Below, piece by piece: positions 59,538 to 64,000 of a DNA stretch of 64,000 nucleotides. How positions within the stretch are numbered: position 1 is the stretch's first letter; every line of letters begins with the position of its first letter. Under the pieces are notes generated by a model, which ran no database searches, was not told the origin of the DNA, and saw nothing but the letters and a program-made list of their open reading frames with translations. The position numbers and the translations under genes are program-made. This DNA is from Gemmatales bacterium (lineage in GTDB: Bacteria; Planctomycetota; Planctomycetia; Gemmatales; HRBIN36), in assembly GCA_041640595.1 (NCBI GenBank), contig JBEPZY010000003.1, positions 476,342 to 540,341 on the forward strand, in the 5' to 3' direction.

Positions 59538-60995
59538 TTATCGCCCCGATTCAAAATACTGTCGCACACTGCGACGATGGCGTGGCAGGGTCAGGCGATC
59601 GTAGCCTTCCCCCGTACCGTTCCGGTCACCCAGAGCACCGCCCTGAGAGGTTTCCCGGCGATCGGTGGTCGGTTTGACCCGTTGCACCTGCAAGATAGGC
59701 GTCTCCAGATGATGCAGAGCGCCAGGTTTGAGTGCCTCGGGCTTGAGTTGCACACCTTCCGCCGAACTGGGCTTACCAAAGGTCAGTGGGGCATCGCCAC
59801 GCCCGCGATTAATGCCACCCACTCCCGGCGGACCGTCGCCATTGACCGGCGATTGCCCGGCTTGGTTTTTGCCGCGACACAGCAACAGGAGCAACTCCTC
59901 CGCATCGCAATCGCCTTCACCCTCTTCGCACTTTTCCAGGCATGCTTTGATCCATTCCAGGTCCACCGGTCGGAGCGGCAGGTCTTTCAGTTTGCGGAGC
60001 AACTCCGGGTCGAGCAGACCGAGCTCGGCCAGTTCGTCGAGATCGAGAGCTTCGCCGTCGAGCAATTCTTTGAGTTTCTCGGCCAGTTCGGCCAGTTCCT
60101 CGTTTGTGAACGGACTGCCGTCTTTGTGTTGCTCCAGCAGGTCTTGCAGTTCCTTGGCATTTTCGTTTGCCCGTGCGGCATTCAGGCTTTGCTGGAGCAA
60201 CTGCTGCAAAGCCTGGCTGGCTAATTTCGACTGCTCTGGCTTCAGTTCGCCCGACTGTGTCAGTTCCTTAAGCGCTTCCGCCAGGTTCCTGGCTTCCTGG
60301 AGTTGCTCCCGCTGTTCGGCCCATTTTTGCACACCTTGTTGGGCAAGTTGCTGGAGCGCCCGTTCGAGATGATCCAGGGCTTCATGCGATTTGCCTGGTT
60401 CGTAGGAATCGGAGTTCCTGCGAATCTGCTGCAATTCGGCACGAAGTTCGTCATAGCGCGACGTGTCCACCAGGCCGAGATCGTGGAGTTTTTGCAATTG
60501 CTGCTCGAGGCGTTCAATTTGCCGTTCGGCTGCCCGCGACGGTGTGCCGTGCAATTGCAGGAACCGTTGCGGCAACCACAGACCCACGCCGACATAGGCG
60601 AGGCTCACCGCCAGCAATGCCAGAGCCGGACGCTTTTTCCACGCGACCTTCGGAAGTTGCTCGCCGTGAATCTCCGCGTGCCAGCCATCCAGCGAAACTT
60701 CCAACCGGCTCATCAGCAAACCGCCGCAGGCATTTTCGGCATCCAGCCAGGCCAGCAGCGATGCTTCATCCGGTACGCGACGCATCCCGTTCCAGGCTCC
60801 GATCACTGCCGCGGCAAGGACACCTGCCAGCCCGATCAGAAGCCAATCACTGCTTGCGGGCCAAACCAATCGCGCCACCACGATGGCACTGCCCCAGACC
60901 AGCAAAGCCAGACTCGACCACCAGACGGCCGCCCGCATCGCACAGGCCCATTGCAACCGTCGTGCCAGCTCCCTCGCAGACCAGGACACGCTCAT
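59538..60995 (-). CDS. Membrane-anchored coiled-coil hypothetical protein
   Basis: Three N-terminal TM helices, a long Q/E/L-rich coiled coil, a Gly-rich linker and C-terminal LP..R..VRQYF; GGAGG RBS. Confidence 0.8.
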   Translation of the reverse strand: MSVSWSARELARRLQWACAMRAAVWWSSLALLVWGSAIVVARLVWPASSDWLLIGLAGVLAAAVIGAWNGMRRVPDEASLLAWLDAENACGGLLMSRLEVSLDGWHAEIHGEQLPKVAWKKRPALALLAVSLAYVGVGLWLPQRFLQLHGTPSRAAERQIERLEQQLQKLHDLGLVDTSRYDELRAELQQIRRNSDSYEPGKSHEALDHLERALQQLAQQGVQKWAEQREQLQEARNLAEALKELTQSGELKPEQSKLASQALQQLLQQSLNAARANENAKELQDLLEQHKDGSPFTNEELAELAEKLKELLDGEALDLDELAELGLLDPELLRKLKDLPLRPVDLEWIKACLEKCEEGEGDCDAEELLLLLCRGKNQAGQSPVNGDGPPGVGGINRGRGDAPLTFGKPSSAEGVQLKPEALKPGALHHLETPILQVQRVKPTTDRRETSQGGALGDRNGTGEGYDRLTLPRHRRSVRQYFESGR

Positions 60996-61458
60996 GTTCA
61001 GCCTCCGCCCATCGAGTCGGCCAGGCCGACCTTCTTTGGTTTCGACGCTATCTTCCGTTTCGTATAACGTTCGACTATCCCCCGGTTTCCGGCTGGCAAG
61101 TTTCGTCCAGGCCCGGCACAAAGATATGGCTCTACCATTAGGATACGCTGTTTCGGGCGGGAGTTTAGCTCCGTAGATTCAGTTTTCCCGCGGCGGACTG
61201 ACGCCGAGCTGAGCGAAACGATCCGCACATCCGGCGTCAGTTCCCGGCCGCCCCAGGTCGCCGGGCCGGTATCTCACGGGCCTGCCGTGGCATAGGGGCC
61301 GATCCTTGGCGTTGCCCATGGCCGGCGGGTATCGGTCTGCCAGCCGGTATCGCTCGCCCCTGCCAGGATTATGACGAATGTCCAGTCCGCAAGAGGTTCG
61401 CCCTCCCCACACTCATTGGAGCCAGCCTGGCGAAGTTTGTCAAGCAACCGGCGGACCC

Positions 61459-61615
61459 GGTGGTCAGTGATCAGTGGTCAGTGGTCGGTAACCGGCGACA
61501 AGTGGTCAGTGAAAAGTGGCCGGTGGCCGGCGAGAAGAGCTCAGTGAAAGGTGGCCAGTGAATAGTGGCCAGTGGTCAGAAAGAAGTGGCCAGTGAGCGG
61601 TACCAGTGGTCAGTT
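61459..61615 (-). repeat. Heptamer array, reverse complement of the 52.4-kb array
   Basis: GTGGTCA/GTGATCA/GTGGCCA/GTGGCCG units. Confidence 0.85.
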
Positions 61616-61650
61616 ACCTGGGGAGATTGGCGGCAATCGCTGCGGGCAAT

Positions 61651-61813
61651 TGTGGCAATATCCTCAACGACGCGGGGTTGATTACAGACGGCGAAAAGGG
61701 CCCCGATACGCCGGGCGGTTGGGTCACTCTTACCAACGACGCGGGGTTGATTACAGAGGGAGAAAAGGCCCGATACGCCGGGCAAATGTGGCACTCTTCT
61801 CAACGACACGGGG
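61651..61813 (+). repeat. ~68-bp tandem repeat, ~2.4 copies
   Basis: CAACGACGCGGGGTTGATTACAGA..AAAAGG..CCGATACGCCGGGC at 61665 and 61734; partial third copy at 61801. Confidence 0.85.
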
Positions 61814-62102
61814 CCAGTGATCAGTTGCCGGGGCGAATGTTACTGTGAGAATGGACGGGCAACAGTGGTCGGTGGGCAGGGTGAACGGTGTTATCCATCC
61901 AGTTCAGCAGGAAATGTGCAAGAGCAACAACCAGAAGGGGAGGCAGGATGAATGTCGTTAGCCGCGGGGTAGCAGCGACGGCGGAGTGAAACAGCGCTAG
62001 CTTCGTAGCCAGCACGGCAGATTGCAGCACGGCACAGAGATACGCCCTGCGCGCCGAACAGTTTGCCGACACGAGACGATAGCAACCTGGATTGCGATCC
62101 GA

Positions 62103-62257
62103 TGGCCGTTCGCGGTATGAGTACGATACTGTAGTTGATGCCGGTAACGCAATAAGTGGCGGTCTGGAATGCGGTCAGGTGGCCGTTCGTGGCATGAACC
62201 GTTATCGCACCGATTAGTGTTGGTACGCGATGAGTAGCGGTCTGGAATGCGGTCAGG
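62103..62257 (+). repeat. Diverged ~77-78-bp tandem duplication
   Basis: TGGCCGTTCG at 62103 and 62180; GGTCTGGAATGCGGTCAGG at 62161 and 62239. Confidence 0.75.
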
Positions 62258-62332
62258 AGGGCGTTTTTGGCTTGCGCACGGCAGAGTCAGGCCAGTCGCT
62301 GCTGGCTGAAACGGACGCGCCAGGCGGCAGGC

Positions 62333-62860
62333 TTATCGGCCAAACCAGTAGTAGGGAACGGCCTGGCCAGGATGCCAGTTGTATGTCGGCGTGCTGACGG
62401 GAATTCCCGGTAAAACCGCATCGTTGGGCCACAACTGCGGTAACGGGGAGCTGGGAGCTGGTGGCGCAGCTCCGTCGGCAGCTTGTGCCTGTCCACCGGC
62501 AGGCTGACCGTTTGCTGCTGGCCAGAGTGGATACCCGGGCAGACCCGCCGATGGATAGGTGTACGTCCATCCGGAAACGTGAGGAGCCGGGACACCGTAT
62601 TGCGTCCAGCCCGGCGTGCTCGGCCAGGTTGCGCTGGGCGGATACATCAGGAACCACGGATACGGATGGATCGCGGATTGCGGATATCCAATGGCGAACC
62701 AGTGTCCGCCGTGGGGATACCCGGCTGCTCCCCAGAAAACCAGGCTCGGATGTGTCCAGTTCACGCTGGCCCCGACTTTCCACCAGTAATCATGGGCGGT
62801 TGCCGTCGCTGTCCAGCCGAGCAAACCAGCCAGCCCGATCGTGACCGCAAGGCATCGCAT
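62333..62860 (-). CDS. Secreted Pro/Tyr/Trp/Gly-rich hypothetical protein
   Basis: GGAGG RBS; signal peptide ending ATA; ends VPYYWFGR. Confidence 0.72.
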   Translation of the reverse strand: MRCLAVTIGLAGLLGWTATATAHDYWWKVGASVNWTHPSLVFWGAAGYPHGGHWFAIGYPQSAIHPYPWFLMYPPSATWPSTPGWTQYGVPAPHVSGWTYTYPSAGLPGYPLWPAANGQPAGGQAQAADGAAPPAPSSPLPQLWPNDAVLPGIPVSTPTYNWHPGQAVPYYWFGR

Positions 62861-63533
62861 CGCTGTGCCTCCACTGGATGCCGAAATTTTTGAGGGCATG
62901 CCACACGCTAAGCAAGTATGCCCGCCGCTATACCACAAAGTGAAATGCTCCTGCCCCGATCCGGACGGAAATTCCAGCAATCAGCCCATCCGAGCCGCAC
63001 ACCTGGAACCGGTGAATTGTCTCCCTTTTCCGCTAAAAGCAGCGCAATTACCAGATTCCACACCGTCGGCGGACTACTCGAAATCCGCTCTGCCACCACG
63101 TAAGCCACCATGCGGTCACCGACCCGCCAAGCCACACTTCCGGCAGACTAACGTAAATCGGCTGTGCCGTGATCCTGCGTCGTAACCAGTCTTGCTGCTC
63201 CCGGAATCTGTCGCCAGCCTGTTTGAAGATGGGCCTGCCATGATGCGCTGTGCCCGCGCGAAATTCTCCCCTGGCCGCAACGCCGATCGCTTGCCCGTTG
63301 GTTATGGCAAACAATCAGGGGCGATAGGGGCGGTGCCACGTATCTCGGTATGATGGTGATCGGTTGCCCGCCGGTAATGGTGAACGATGGCCCTCTGGCG
63401 GTCTTGCACGATGTGCGTAATCTAGACCGCAACGCCGACGGTTCCCGATCCGCGGAAACGCAGACGAGGACAAACGCATGGCGATCCCCATCCATCCAGC
63501 ACGGTCGGGACTGCGCCGCGAATTTGCATTCAA

Positions 63534-63960
63534 CAAGAGCGGCGGGCGTCAGCCCGCCGTGGGTAACGAAATTGACGCTCGTCGGCCCGCGGTGTCCGAG
63601 CGAACCTCCACATCCGACAAAGTCGGCGATCGCAATCCCGACGTCCGAAACAAGAGCGGCGGGCGTCAGCCCGCCGTGGGTAGCGAAATTGTCATGCGTC
63701 AGCCCCGCGCCTCTAACGAAGATGGAATGCGTCAGCCGGGTGTGTCTAACGAAATTGTCGTTTGTCAGCCCGCGGTGTCCGAGCGAACCTCCACATCCGA
63801 CAAAGTCGGCGATCGCAATCCCGACGTCCGAAACAAGAGCGGCGGGCGTCAGCCCGCCGTGGGTAACGAAATTGTCATGCGTCAGCCCGGCGCCTCTAAC
63901 GAAGATGGAATGCGTCAGCCGGGTGTGTCTAACGAAATTGTCATTCGTCAGCCCGCGGTG
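63534..63960 (+). repeat. REP-like array 3 with 183-bp units and 33-bp subunits
   Basis: Full hairpin copies at 63534, 63651 and 63834; half-site subunits GTCAGCC..TAACGAA.. every 33 bp. Confidence 0.92.
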
Positions 63961-64000
63961 TTACAGATCGCAACGGCGATTGTGATCGTGATGCTGGCCG

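Noticed and set aside
1..64000. tRNA, rRNA, tmRNA, transposase/RAYT, integrase, prophage or defence genes
   Set aside because: None recognised by eye; an Infernal/HMM search would be needed to exclude divergent examples

Overview
GC-rich bacterial chromosomal window. The gene content (paired ECF sigma/anti-sigma genes, DUF1080, MoxR-DUF58-VWA cluster, Cys/Pro-rich secreted proteins, very long SecA) suggests a planctomycete; this is inference. It holds envelope and housekeeping genes (GT2, sppA, GT9, ubiX, rph, secA, waaA), an AT-richer heavy-metal RND efflux block (TolC-family gene convergent with cusBA), the rpmJ-rpsM-rpsK-rpsD-rpoA-rplQ operon, tgt-yajC-secDF, two ECF sigma/anti-sigma pairs, ComEA-like, ANTAR and PII genes, and a minus-strand MoxR/ABC/DUF58/VWA cluster. 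No rRNA, tRNA, CRISPR-cas, transposase or integrase was recognised. The most unusual signals are non-coding. (1) A REP-like hairpin family occurs in three mosaic arrays (31.0-32.3, 37.4-37.9, 63.5-64.0 kb); its three stem variants differ by compensatory substitutions, pair with each other non-randomly and share conserved linkers. (2) Two heptamer-repeat arrays in inverted orientation (52.4-52.9 and 61.5-61.6 kb) bracket five genes of the MoxR/ABC cluster. (3) There are several two- or three-unit direct repeats with 65-78 bp periods. Protein-level oddities include a CusA with a ~335-aa membrane-containing insertion, a SecA with about five internal helical repeats, RNase PH with a long N-terminal tail, and a PII protein lacking Tyr51 next to an ANTAR gene. 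All product calls rest on motif recognition by eye, not database searches.
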